Shown one piece after another: positions 1 through 9,939 of a stretch of DNA of 64,000 nucleotides (position 1 is its first letter; the number at the start of each line of letters is the position of its first letter). A model generated the notes under the pieces. The model did not search any database. It saw nothing but the letters and a program-made list of their open reading frames with translations, and was not told where the DNA came from. The DNA is from Candidatus Woesearchaeota archaeon (GTDB taxonomy: Archaea > Nanobdellota > Nanobdellia > Woesearchaeales > JAHWHD01). The DNA is taken from contig JAHWHG010000007.1 in the NCBI GenBank assembly GCA_019323515.1, positions 148,603 through 212,602 on the forward strand. The letters run 5' to 3'. The translations under genes and the position numbers were made by a program.

Positions 1-687
1 CGGCAACACATTGTTAAGTACTCTATACATCTCCTCAGCAGGCTCACCTATTGCAAGACCACCAATTGCAACACCATCAAAATCAAGACCATTGATAAAA
101 TGCGCACTTATCCTTCTAAGGTCCATCTGAAAGCCACCTTGAACTATACCAAAAAGCAACTGTTTATCATCAGTGTGATATTTCTTACTTAACTCCATCC
201 ACTTATGCGTATTCTTAAGCGCAGAAATATAGACTTCCCTATTAGCTCCATAAGGGGCCATATCATCTAATGCCATTGCAACGTCAGAACCAATCATCTC
301 ATGAATCCTCATTATCCTTTCAGGAGTTATCACATGCTTTTTTCCAGAAAAAGGACTCTCGAAGTGAAGACCTTTCTTAGTCTTGGCTTTAAACATGCTC
401 CTTGACATTTGAAAACCTCCACAGTCTGTAAAAATACAACCATCAAATTTCATGAACTTATGGATACCCCCAACCTCACCAACAACATCCACACCAGGGC
501 TCATAGACAACACCAAAGCATTACATATCAAATTCCTAAGCCCAATAGAATCGTAATCATCAGTTGATATGCATTTACCAGTAGCCATTGTTGCAGCTGG
601 CATAAAGAATGGAGTCTCAAATCTGCCAGACTTAGTCTTAAGCTGCCCTAACCTGGCGCTACCTGATTCTGCCTTAATTTTAAACAT
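1..687 (-). CDS. tgt: Bacterial-type tRNA-guanine transglycosylase, 3'-truncated by the window edge (absent from ORF track)
   Basis: Manual translation from ATG at 687: MFKIKAESGSARLGQLKTKSGRFETPFFMP...IFTDCGGFQ...IGSDVAMALDD...LFGIVQGG...FDGVAIGGLAIGE; the frame stays open to the window edge. Confidence 0.92.
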   Translation of the reverse strand, partial: MFKIKAESGSARLGQLKTKSGRFETPFFMPAATMATGKCISTDDYDSIGLRNLICNALVLSMSPGVDVVGEVGGIHKFMKFDGCIFTDCGGFQMSRSMFKAKTKKGLHFESPFSGKKHVITPERIMRIHEMIGSDVAMALDDMAPYGANREVYISALKNTHKWMELSKKYHTDDKQLLFGIVQGGFQMDLRRISAHFINGLDFDGVAIGGLAIGEPAEEMYRVLNNVLP

Positions 688-829
688 AAAAGCTCAAATT
701 AGAAAAAGAAATAAAAACCTTTGTATTATTCAAAAAAATTAATATATTAGTTGCTTGGTTACCCTAAAAATATATACATAACTTTTAAATATGCTATAAC
801 ATTAAAATAATATAAATATAGGTGGAAAA

Positions 830-2137
830 ATGACAAAATACATCTCAATACAAGAAGCAATGAACAAGGGCAAGGGTAAGGTCTCGGTAAGAGGCTGGGT
901 TTATAGGCAAAGAGGCTCTAACAAGATTAAATTCCTAATAATAAGAGACTCATCAAACATAATACAATGCGTGCTTGAACATTCTAAATTTGAAAAGACA
1001 TGGGACGATATTGATAAAATTCAGATAGAGTACTCAATCGAAATAACTGGGGACATAAAGGAAGATAAAAGAGCTCCAACAGGATATGAGATATCAGTAA
1101 CAGATTATAAGATAGTTGGAACATCGGACAAGTTCCCTATTCAAAAAGACCAAAGTAAGGAATTTCTTGCTGACAACAGACATCTTTGGCTTAGGAGCAG
1201 GTACATGACTTCAATCCTAAAGATACGTTCCACAGTATTTGATGCGATTCATGAATACTTCAGAAGCCAAGGTTTCTATGAGTATCACTCCCCAATATTT
1301 CAAGCAGTACAGTGCGAAGGCGGCTCCACCTTATTCAATGTACCATATTTTGGAAAAAAGGATGTGTTTCTTTCACAAACTTGGCAGCTTTATGCTGAAC
1401 CTGCGATATTTGCTCTTGAAAAGATATACACTATTGAGCCAGCGTTCAGGGCAGAAAAATCTGTAACGTCCAGGCACGTGACAGAGCTTTGGATGTGCGA
1501 GATGGAAGTTGCCTGGGCAACATTCGATGATATTATTGACCATGGTGAAGCATTAATTAAACATATTGTTAAGAGCGTTCTTGACAAAAACAAACCAGAA
1601 CTTGAGGTTTTAGGAAGGGACTGGAAAAAGCTTGAACCTACTGTAAAGAAAAAGTTTCCCAGGATAACTTATGATGAAGTGCTTAAACATCTGAAAGAGA
1701 AATTCAAGATGAAAGTTGAATGGGGTAAAGACCTTAGAACTATTGAAGAAGATAAATTAAGTGAACTCTATGATACACCTGTTGCAGTCACAAGATACCC
1801 TAAAGCAGTAAAAGCATTCTACATGAAAGAACCAGAAGACAGCGATAAAAAGAAACCAGTTGTGAATGGTGTTGATTTTATCGCACCTGAGCATTATGGA
1901 GAGATAATAGGCGGCTCTGAGAGGGAATCTGATTTGGAGGATATCAAGAAAAAACTTGTCGAGATGGGAGAAAATCCAAAGGAATACGAATTCTACTTAG
2001 ATACAAGGAGATACGGTTCAGTCCCTCATGGAGGATTTGGCCTAGGTATTGAAAGGATAATATCATGGATCTGCGGCCTCGACACAATCAAGGATGCAAT
2101 CCCATTCCCAAGAACTCCAGAAAGGTATAAACCGTGA
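830..2137 (+). CDS. asnS: Asparaginyl-tRNA synthetase
   Basis: N-terminal OB fold ([16 protein letters not shown]), motif 2 FRAEKS.TSRHVTE, motif 3 [17 protein letters not shown]. Confidence 0.93.
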   Translation: MTKYISIQEAMNKGKGKVSVRGWVYRQRGSNKIKFLIIRDSSNIIQCVLEHSKFEKTWDDIDKIQIEYSIEITGDIKEDKRAPTGYEISVTDYKIVGTSDKFPIQKDQSKEFLADNRHLWLRSRYMTSILKIRSTVFDAIHEYFRSQGFYEYHSPIFQAVQCEGGSTLFNVPYFGKKDVFLSQTWQLYAEPAIFALEKIYTIEPAFRAEKSVTSRHVTELWMCEMEVAWATFDDIIDHGEALIKHIVKSVLDKNKPELEVLGRDWKKLEPTVKKKFPRITYDEVLKHLKEKFKMKVEWGKDLRTIEEDKLSELYDTPVAVTRYPKAVKAFYMKEPEDSDKKKPVVNGVDFIAPEHYGEIIGGSERESDLEDIKKKLVEMGENPKEYEFYLDTRRYGSVPHGGFGLGIERIISWICGLDTIKDAIPFPRTPERYKP

Positions 2138-3336
2138 TTATTAAAGGCGATTACCGAAAATCTAAGAAAAAGTACGACATAGAGAGCATCATAAAAACAA
2201 ATAGAGAAAAGAAACGTCTTCAAATCCCAGAACTTCAGGCAACTACAGACTTCTCAAAAAGCCATGAACTCGAGAAAAGAATTAACAAACTCGAAGACTT
2301 GACAAACTTAAATAAACAAGATTTGTACGAGATAATCAAGGAATATATCAGACCTAAACCTAAGAATCTTGACCATTACATAATTACAGCAGATATTAAC
2401 CCATTAATTTATACTAAAATTGATTCAGCACTTTCGCAGCTTGAGAGCGCTTACCTAGACAAGAAAGAAGCCAGGAAATACACCTCGCGGACAGATACAG
2501 AATCAGATGACCCACTGAAACAATACTTAAACGATATTGGAAAAGTCCCACTCCTCACTGCAGAAGAAGAGATACACCTTGGCAAATTAATAGAGAAAGG
2601 GAACACAAAAGCAAAGAACAATTTAATCAGAGGAAACCTTCGCCTTGTTGTATCTGTTGCAAAAAAATATACAAACAGAGGCCTAAGCACACTAGATTTA
2701 ATACAGGAAGGAAACCAAGGATTGATTAGGGCTGCAGAGAAATTTAGATATATGAAAGGTTTTAAGTTTTCGACATACGCAATATGGTGGATTAGACAAG
2801 CAATTACAAGAGCAATAGCAGACCAAGGACGAGTAATAAGAATTCCAGTGCACGCTAATGAAAGGGTAAGTAGGATTAGACAGATTAAGAAAAAGATTAC
2901 CCAAGAGCTTGGCAGGGTTCCGACATTAGAGGAAGTTGCAAATGAAATGAACACAATACCTGAACAGCTGAACGAATTCATGAAGGACATAACAAAACCT
3001 GCATCACTTGACCAAGATATGACAGACAGTGAGATTACTAAAGGAGATTTAATAAAAAACCAGACATCACCAGATCCATTTAATGAAAGTTCCTACAATG
3101 CACTAAGAGAACAGATTGCTGAAGTACTTGAGACACTTTCACCAAGAGAAAAACAGGTAATAAATTATAGATTTGGACTTATTGATGGGATAAAAAGAAC
3201 TCTGGATGCAACAGGACAAAAATTTGGTGTGACAAGAGAAAGGATAAGACAGATTGAAAGCAAAGCTCTTACAAGATTAAGACATCCATCCCGTTCAGGA
3301 AAGTTAAGAGACTTCTATGATAGAGAAGTTGCTTGA
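2134..3336 (+). CDS. Bacterial RpoD-like (group 1/2) sigma-70 factor with an unrecognised N-terminal extension
   Basis: Region 1.2 [21 protein letters not shown]; region 2 [31 protein letters not shown]...[32 protein letters not shown]; region 4 [15 protein letters not shown]...[19 protein letters not shown] overlap with the asnS stop. Confidence 0.95.
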   Translation: MIIKGDYRKSKKKYDIESIIKTNREKKRLQIPELQATTDFSKSHELEKRINKLEDLTNLNKQDLYEIIKEYIRPKPKNLDHYIITADINPLIYTKIDSALSQLESAYLDKKEARKYTSRTDTESDDPLKQYLNDIGKVPLLTAEEEIHLGKLIEKGNTKAKNNLIRGNLRLVVSVAKKYTNRGLSTLDLIQEGNQGLIRAAEKFRYMKGFKFSTYAIWWIRQAITRAIADQGRVIRIPVHANERVSRIRQIKKKITQELGRVPTLEEVANEMNTIPEQLNEFMKDITKPASLDQDMTDSEITKGDLIKNQTSPDPFNESSYNALREQIAEVLETLSPREKQVINYRFGLIDGIKRTLDATGQKFGVTRERIRQIESKALTRLRHPSRSGKLRDFYDREVA

Positions 3337-3339
3337 AAA

Positions 3340-4278
3340 CTATTTCTTTACATAACTATAAATAAAAGGCAAAGCAATTGTAGCATCACAATGAACTGTA
3401 ACATACTTAGCATCCTTGCTTATCTTACCCCAGGATATCGCCTCACGCAGCGTAGCTCCGCTTAACCCCCCTGTCTCTTCTCTATCCATTGTAATCTGTA
3501 CAGCATAATTATGTTTCTTAGGAGAAAACTGCATAGCTTGTAATATAAAATCCTTAGGCACACCTCCGCCGACGATAAACACACCAGTTCTATCATTACC
3601 CCAAGTGATGTTCATAATCTCTTTCATATCCTCAAATGTATCAACAGTTAACTCTTTACCTTGCGCGATATAACCCCATGTCTGAAAACCTATCGCAGAA
3701 TCACTTATTCCCGGACAAAAAATAGGGACATTCTTTTTAGCACATGCAGCAAGTATAGAATCATCACTATCAATATTATCCCCAATAATCTTCAACAATT
3801 CCCTTACACTATACTTCCTCTTCTCAAGGTTATCATATAATCCATGAAGCCAAGGCTCTAAATCTTCATAGCCCTTATTAGAAAGAAAAACATCATAAAT
3901 CCTATCAATACCTTGCTCAAACAACTTTTCATCATCTATATAATTAGTGCCCTGGATATGCCTATGTCCAAGACTCTCAATCAAATCATGAACCATATTA
4001 GCGCCAGTTGTAACCAATACATCAATCATTCCCTCATTAACCATTTCAATAATTATCCGTTTCATACCAGCTGGCACCATCGCCCCAGCTAAACCAAAAA
4101 ACACTTTACACTCTTTATCAAGAACCATACTCTCAAAAATCTTACAAGCCTTACCAAGCCTGCCAGCACCAAAAACACCGCACTTCTGCATCTCTTCAGC
4201 AAGTTCTCTAACCTTCATATCACTCTTTATACCGATATGCTTGACAGGCTCTCCCCCATTACACTTATGACAATCCAT
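3340..4278 (-). CDS. dys: Deoxyhypusine synthase
   Basis: VTTGANMVHD, PGISDSAIG, GGLSGATLREAISWGK (catalytic Lys), CDATIALP. Confidence 0.95.
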   Translation of the reverse strand: MDCHKCNGGEPVKHIGIKSDMKVRELAEEMQKCGVFGAGRLGKACKIFESMVLDKECKVFFGLAGAMVPAGMKRIIIEMVNEGMIDVLVTTGANMVHDLIESLGHRHIQGTNYIDDEKLFEQGIDRIYDVFLSNKGYEDLEPWLHGLYDNLEKRKYSVRELLKIIGDNIDSDDSILAACAKKNVPIFCPGISDSAIGFQTWGYIAQGKELTVDTFEDMKEIMNITWGNDRTGVFIVGGGVPKDFILQAMQFSPKKHNYAVQITMDREETGGLSGATLREAISWGKISKDAKYVTVHCDATIALPFIYSYVKK

Positions 4279-4334
4279 GTTTTCTTGAAGAACCGATGAA
4301 TTTATATATATTTCTCATGCTTTTATAAATAAAA

Positions 4335-5087
4335 ATGATAGTTGATGTACACGCACATATGGACATGCTCAAAGGAGATTTAAGCCCAATAATCAAGAGA
4401 GCTAAAAAAGCCGGACTTAATACCATAATCTCAAACTCTGTTAACCTTGAATCCTGTAAAAAAAACATTGAAATATCAAAACAGTATCCTATTGTCAAAC
4501 CAGCCCTAGCAATATATCCAAGAGATGCAGTTGAAAATCCAGATGAAATTGAAACAACCTTTGAATTCATCAAAAGAAACGTAAAAAAAGCTATAGCAAT
4601 AGGTGAAGCTGGGCTTGATTATCATCTTCCCTTTTTGACAGAAATAAAAGCAGTAAAGATCCAAAAACAGGTTTTCCAAGAATTGATAAAGTTAGCAGAA
4701 AAATCAAAACTACCATTAATAGTCCACTCGAGAAAGGCTGAAAAAGAAGTGGTTGAGATACTAGAAACATCAAAACTCAAACACATAATCTTGCATTGCT
4801 ATGGTGGAAAATTAAAACTAGCTAAAAGGATTACAGAAAACGGGTGGAACTTCTCAATACCTGCTTCGATTGTAAGAAGCGAACACTTCCAAAAAATAGT
4901 AGAACAAACACCACTACCCCAACTGTTATCAGAGACAGATGCACCGTTCCAATCTCCTTTCCATAACAAGCAGAATGAACCTGCTTTCATAATAGAGGGA
5001 ATAAAAAAGATTGCAGAGATAAAATCAATTACATTAGAAGATTGCAAGAATAACCTTTTTATGAATTTTCAGAGGATATTCAAATGA
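4335..5087 (+). CDS. tatD: TatD-family DNase / amidohydrolase
   Basis: VDVHAH, AIGEAGLDY, VHSR, LHCY, LSETDAP. Confidence 0.93.
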   Translation: MIVDVHAHMDMLKGDLSPIIKRAKKAGLNTIISNSVNLESCKKNIEISKQYPIVKPALAIYPRDAVENPDEIETTFEFIKRNVKKAIAIGEAGLDYHLPFLTEIKAVKIQKQVFQELIKLAEKSKLPLIVHSRKAEKEVVEILETSKLKHIILHCYGGKLKLAKRITENGWNFSIPASIVRSEHFQKIVEQTPLPQLLSETDAPFQSPFHNKQNEPAFIIEGIKKIAEIKSITLEDCKNNLFMNFQRIFK

Positions 5088-6205
5088 GAAAAATAGAGGA
5101 CACTCCTTACTTCTCAAAAAAAATAGGCACACTTCCTAAAGGCTGCCAGCTCTGTGTTGAAGGGAAAAAACTCGTTCTAGTTGTCACAGGTTTATGTTCC
5201 TCAAAATGTTATTACTGCCCATTAAGTGACCAAAAAAAAGATATTGATTTGGTTTGGGCAAATGAATGGCAGACAGATCAAGATAAAGACATCATTACCG
5301 AAGCAGAACTTTGCAGTTCAAAAGGAGCAGGATTTACAGGAGGAGACCCTCTTCTAAAATTTGATAGGACTTTACATTACATTAAACTTCTAAAAAAAAG
5401 ATTTGGTAAACATTTCCACATACATCTTTACACACCATTCGAGCTTGTTACAAAAGAAAAATTACAAAAACTGGAAAAAGCAGGCCTTGATGAGATAAGA
5501 TTCCATCCAAAAGTTGAAGACAATCGATTATGGGAAAAATTAGAACTAGCAAAGACACTTAACATTGACATAGGTATAGAGATCCCAATTATACCAAATA
5601 CTGAAAAGCAAACAATCACACTCATAGAATACATTAAAGACAAAGTAAAGTTCCTTAATCTGAATGAACTCGAACTTTCTGATAATAATACACAACAACT
5701 CACTAAGTTAGGCTTCACTCCAAAAAACACACTTTCATATGGTGTAAAGGATAGTGAAGAATTAGCCTTAAAAATAATGGAATACTGTAAAAAAAATACT
5801 GAACTTAACGTACATTACTGCACAACAACATTAAAGGACAGTGTCCAGCTTGCTGAAAGGATAAAAAGAAGAGCAAAGAACATAAAACAGCATTATGACA
5901 CAATAACAGACGAAGGAACAATAATAAGAGGAGTACTTTATCTTCCAGAACTCAAACCAGACACAGGATATAGGAAAAAACTCCAAACAATTGATAAAGA
6001 ACCAATTATTAAGAAACTTAAAGAACTTCAGAGAAAGATTAAGTTCCATACAGATATAGATAAGATAAAACTAAGACTGCTCTGTTCAAAAAAACAAATT
6101 ATAAAGAACATAAAGGATATAAAACAATTAAATCTTATCCCGGCAGTTGTTGAAGAATACCCAACACATGATGCTCTTGAGATTGATGTGAATTTCTTAG
6201 ATTAA
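5084..6205 (+). CDS. Archaeal radical SAM protein (uncharacterised, PflA-related family)
   Basis: CSSKCYYC (CxxxCxxC), GFTGGDPL, LDEIRFHP; ATGA overlap with tatD. Confidence 0.85.
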   Translation: MRKIEDTPYFSKKIGTLPKGCQLCVEGKKLVLVVTGLCSSKCYYCPLSDQKKDIDLVWANEWQTDQDKDIITEAELCSSKGAGFTGGDPLLKFDRTLHYIKLLKKRFGKHFHIHLYTPFELVTKEKLQKLEKAGLDEIRFHPKVEDNRLWEKLELAKTLNIDIGIEIPIIPNTEKQTITLIEYIKDKVKFLNLNELELSDNNTQQLTKLGFTPKNTLSYGVKDSEELALKIMEYCKKNTELNVHYCTTTLKDSVQLAERIKRRAKNIKQHYDTITDEGTIIRGVLYLPELKPDTGYRKKLQTIDKEPIIKKLKELQRKIKFHTDIDKIKLRLLCSKKQIIKNIKDIKQLNLIPAVVEEYPTHDALEIDVNFLD

Positions 6206-6281
6206 TATGAGATAAAGGCCCTAATAATCAAAATATTTATAAACAAACTGATATTAAATTCTATAATCAAGAGGTGATAAT

Positions 6282-6485
6282 ATGAGCACAATACCGGCTG
6301 CTGCAATGGAAAGAATTCTTAGAAGAGCTGGAGCTAAAAGAGTAAGCGAACCTGCTAAAAAAGCATTTGCAGAGATCCTTGAAGATTACGCTCTAAAGAT
6401 AGGTGAAAAAGCTCTTAATATAGCCAAAAATTGCGGCAGGAAAACCATTCTTGACACCGATATCAAGATGGTTAAACTAAAATGA
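6282..6485 (+). CDS. Archaeal histone (HMf-like fold)
   Basis: IPAAAMERILRRAGAKRVS...GRKTI..DI histone-fold signature; SD GAGGTGAT upstream. Confidence 0.93.
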   Translation: MSTIPAAAMERILRRAGAKRVSEPAKKAFAEILEDYALKIGEKALNIAKNCGRKTILDTDIKMVKLK

Positions 6486-6703
6486 AAATAACAATTGACA
6501 CTAAACAAGACAGTAAAGATGATATAAAACGCCTTATCAACATGCTGAGTCATCTTGTAGATAATACAGCATCAAATACAGAGTTTAATACTCCACAAGA
6601 ACAAGGTTTCTTTAATATGTTTGGCTCAGTTGAAGAGACCAAAAAAGGACCTGATGAAGATAAATCTGACACAAAAGAGATTCCAAGGATAATGGAATAC
6701 TAA
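6482..6703 (+). CDS. Small hypothetical protein with an acidic C-terminus
   Basis: 73-aa ORF with ATGA overlap to the histone; no family recognised. Confidence 0.7.
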   Translation: MKITIDTKQDSKDDIKRLINMLSHLVDNTASNTEFNTPQEQGFFNMFGSVEETKKGPDEDKSDTKEIPRIMEY

Positions 6704-6712
6704 GCAAGTAAG

Positions 6713-7189
6713 ATGAAAGAATCAAGACTACTAAAGATAGAAAAAGACGTTGCACATCTAAAAAAAGAATTAATAATTAAAGAACCAGAACATTTCTCAA
6801 TAAGAGATATTATCTCAGCTTTTTTTGGTGCACTTGTTATTGGTCTTACATTCATGTTCAAGGGTTTATTGATTCAACAAAGTATAACCCTAAGTTTCTT
6901 TAATGTGGGGATAATTGTATTAACAACCCTAGCACTAATGGCTTTGGAGATATATTTTATAGGCTATACAAGAGTACAATACAAACATAAAAGAAAACCT
7001 GGCCAATTCATTCTTAAAAGACTTACAGCTATCTATCTTATTTCATTCACTGTTTCTTTATACTTGGTAAACATCTTTGGAATAAGCAAACTAGCAGGGA
7101 ATATTGAAAACATTATGAAAATAGTGCTTGTTCTGACACTTCCTTGCGGAATTGGAGCCACACTCTCTGACCTTTTAAAAAGCTATTAA
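6713..7189 (+). CDS. Small multi-pass membrane protein (possibly DUF2391-like)
   Basis: About four hydrophobic segments; DIISAFFGAL motif. Confidence 0.6.
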   Translation: MKESRLLKIEKDVAHLKKELIIKEPEHFSIRDIISAFFGALVIGLTFMFKGLLIQQSITLSFFNVGIIVLTTLALMALEIYFIGYTRVQYKHKRKPGQFILKRLTAIYLISFTVSLYLVNIFGISKLAGNIENIMKIVLVLTLPCGIGATLSDLLKSY

Positions 7190-7234
7190 CGTATCCTAAA
7201 TATTTAAATAACAGCACTTGTTCTTTCAGATAAA

Positions 7235-7645
7235 ATGGTATATGAATTTTTCGAACACCAGGCAGACATTGGCATAAGAGGTATAGGTTCTACACTTGAA
7301 GAGGCATTTGAAGAGTGTGCAAAGGCAATGTTTGAGGTAATGGTAGAGATTGACAGGGTTGAACCCAAGAACGAGATTAAAGTAGAGTGCAGTGCTTCAA
7401 ACGAAGAAGAACTACTCGTAGAATGGCTTAATAGGCTACTGGCAGAATCAGGCATAAACAATATGGTCTTCTCAGAGTTTGCTGTTTCAATAAAAGCTAG
7501 CAAGCTTATTGGTACTGCAAAAGGCGAAGAGATTAACCCAGAAAAGCATAAGGTAAAGACAGAAGTCAAATCAGCCACATACTCAGGACTTAAGGTAGGG
7601 AAAAAAGAAGGCAAAATCTTTGCACAATGTATTGTAGACGTGTGA
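7235..7645 (+). CDS. Archease
   Basis: YEFFEHQADIGIRG, EVKSATYSGL, C-terminal IVDV; directly upstream of rtcB. Confidence 0.95.
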   Translation: MVYEFFEHQADIGIRGIGSTLEEAFEECAKAMFEVMVEIDRVEPKNEIKVECSASNEEELLVEWLNRLLAESGINNMVFSEFAVSIKASKLIGTAKGEEINPEKHKVKTEVKSATYSGLKVGKKEGKIFAQCIVDV

Positions 7646-7656
7646 GGTAAACTAAA

Positions 7657-9084
7657 ATGGACATTAACCAATTAAACAAAATATCAGACTACGAATGGGA
7701 AATCCCTCTAACAGGCGATATGAAAGTACCTGGAAGAATCTTTGCAAGTAAAATGCTTATTGAAGAAATGGATGACAAAGTAAAAGAACAAATCTCAAAT
7801 GTAGCTGCACTTCCTGGCATACAAAAAGCCTCACTTGCAATGCCAGATGCACACTGGGGATATGGCTTTCCAATCGGAGGCGTAGGAGCATTTGACCCAG
7901 AGGAAGATGGAATAATCTCTGTAGGTGGAGTTGGCTTTGACATTAACTGTGGAGTCCGTACACTAAAAACTAACCTAACAGTAAAAGAGGTACAGCCAAA
8001 GATAAAAGAACTTGTTGATTCATTGTTTAACACAGTACCAGCAGGACTTGGCTCAAGAGGTGAAATCGCGTTAAAAGAAAACGAGATTAACGATGTAATG
8101 ACACTTGGTTCAAAATGGATCATTGAAAAAGGTTATGGAACAGAGGAAGACCTTGAATATACTGAAGAGAATGGGTATGTTGAAGGAGCTGATCCTAAAA
8201 ACGTAAGTGACCTCGCTATTAGAAGAGAAAAAAAACAAGTAGGAACACTAGGCTCAGGCAACCATTACCTTGAAATGCAAGTTGTAGACGAAATTTTTGA
8301 TGAAAAGATTGCAAAGAAGTTCGGACTTGAAAAAGACCAAGTGATAATAACACTCCATTGCGGTTCAAGAGCTCTTGGTCACCAGATAGGTTCAGATTAT
8401 TTAAAGATCCTTGCAGACGCATCAAGAAAATATAACATCCCCATAAGGGAAAAAGAACTTGTATGTGCTCCAATTAATTCGCCTGAGGGCAAAAAATACT
8501 ATTCAGCAATGGTCTGCGGTATTAACTACGCCTTCGCTAATAGACAAGTAATCACACATCTTACTAGACAAGGCTTCAACAAAATCTTTCCTGATGCAGA
8601 ACTCAAGATGCTTTACGACATCGGCCACAATACTTGCAAGATTGAAGAACATAAAGTGGGGAATAAGGTAAAAAAACTCTATGTGCATAGAAAAGGTTCA
8701 ACAAGAGCATTCGGTCCTGATAGAAAAGACCTTCCTAAAGCTTACTCAGGAGTTGGTCAACCTGTAATTATAGGCGGTTCAATGGGCACTTCCTCTTACA
8801 TATTGGCAGGAGCTATTGATGGAAAAGCAAGCTTTGAATCAGTCTGCCACGGAGCTGGTCGTTCAATGTCAAGAACCCAGGCAAAGAAGCAATGGTGGGG
8901 CGGCAATGTTGTTAAAGAACTTGCAGCAAAAGGCATCATCATAAAAGGCCATTCTATGAGCGGTCTAGCAGAGGAAGCACCTGGAGCGTACAAAGAAGTT
9001 AACGAAGTTATTGAATCAGTTTGTAAAGCAAAACTCGCCAATAAAGTTATCAGGATGAGACCTATTGGTAATGTTAAGGGTTAA
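7657..9084 (+). CDS. rtcB: RtcB RNA 3'-phosphate ligase
   Basis: MPDAHWGYGFPIGG, GVGFDINCG, GTLGSGNHYLE, HCGSR, HRKG, CHGAGR, EEAPGAYK. Confidence 0.97.
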   Translation: MDINQLNKISDYEWEIPLTGDMKVPGRIFASKMLIEEMDDKVKEQISNVAALPGIQKASLAMPDAHWGYGFPIGGVGAFDPEEDGIISVGGVGFDINCGVRTLKTNLTVKEVQPKIKELVDSLFNTVPAGLGSRGEIALKENEINDVMTLGSKWIIEKGYGTEEDLEYTEENGYVEGADPKNVSDLAIRREKKQVGTLGSGNHYLEMQVVDEIFDEKIAKKFGLEKDQVIITLHCGSRALGHQIGSDYLKILADASRKYNIPIREKELVCAPINSPEGKKYYSAMVCGINYAFANRQVITHLTRQGFNKIFPDAELKMLYDIGHNTCKIEEHKVGNKVKKLYVHRKGSTRAFGPDRKDLPKAYSGVGQPVIIGGSMGTSSYILAGAIDGKASFESVCHGAGRSMSRTQAKKQWWGGNVVKELAAKGIIIKGHSMSGLAEEAPGAYKEVNEVIESVCKAKLANKVIRMRPIGNVKG

Positions 9085-9872
9085 TCAAATAGAGTATTGA
9101 TAGGATTCAAGTTACTAAAATAAGGCATTATAACCTTATCATCTTTTGGTTTAGGCAAAGGAAATACAAATTCATCACTATATTCCTTTGTTTTCTTGAT
9201 TATAGCATACCTCTTATCTATCCCTAACTTTTCATAACAAAAGGCCAATCTTTGTAAAAACGGAACTTTATTTATTACACGCCCAGACCTCCCTAGTGGA
9301 AAGCCAGAGAGAACAAAATAGAGAAATTCTTTTACATAAGGAACTCGAGCAAAACAGTTCTCATCATAAATCTTCTCTGCTGCATTTTGTGGAGTCAAAG
9401 ATTCTTTCTTAAGATAATCAAAAAGTAAAGACGCAATCTCCTTACCTTTTTCACAAGGCCTTCTCTTCCTTACCTGCATAAACTCAACAACAGACCTCTT
9501 AGGAGGATAAACAAAGTCAGTCTCATATAACTTCAAGTCTTGAATCAAAATGCTATCCTGTTTAACACCAAGATATTCTAGAACAATACCCAATCTATCT
9601 ATTGACCGCGCATTATCCTGAGGTCGATAATGCCCAAAAACAAAAGGGCAACAGCGTGATACATAGCCAATATATTCATACGCAGAAAGGACCCTCATAT
9701 AACCTAAAGTATCAAATAATTCTTCAGACAATTTAAGATTGGAATAACCCTGTGCCTCAATTTGACTTTTAATCCTAGAACAAATGTCCATACGAATCCT
9801 ATAATCAAGCTTTTGTTTTACTTCTCTGCCCTTTGCTTTTTCCAATCTTATAACTAACTTAGTTATATCCAT
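9081..9872 (-). CDS. Hypothetical protein with two tandem, probably HTH-like, repeats
   Basis: Two ~100-aa halves, each ending RL....(E/K)..LG......I.......(D/E)FV(Y/F)P. Confidence 0.55.
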   Translation of the reverse strand: MDITKLVIRLEKAKGREVKQKLDYRIRMDICSRIKSQIEAQGYSNLKLSEELFDTLGYMRVLSAYEYIGYVSRCCPFVFGHYRPQDNARSIDRLGIVLEYLGVKQDSILIQDLKLYETDFVYPPKRSVVEFMQVRKRRPCEKGKEIASLLFDYLKKESLTPQNAAEKIYDENCFARVPYVKEFLYFVLSGFPLGRSGRVINKVPFLQRLAFCYEKLGIDKRYAIIKKTKEYSDEFVFPLPKPKDDKVIMPYFSNLNPINTLFD

Positions 9873-9939
9873 AAAACCTAGAAGCCTTTTTGCACTTTTA
9901 AAATTTAATATACTCTAGAATACAAATAACCAAAAGAAT

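Noticed and set aside
1-3336. tgt-asnS-sigma as a bacterial contaminant segment
   Set aside because: Same composition as the flanks, TATA-like AT-rich intergenic region, and a 3-nt convergent junction with archaeal dys; cannot be fully excluded without reads.
7235-9084. Archease-rtcB operon as a novelty
   Set aside because: Well-established conserved pairing.
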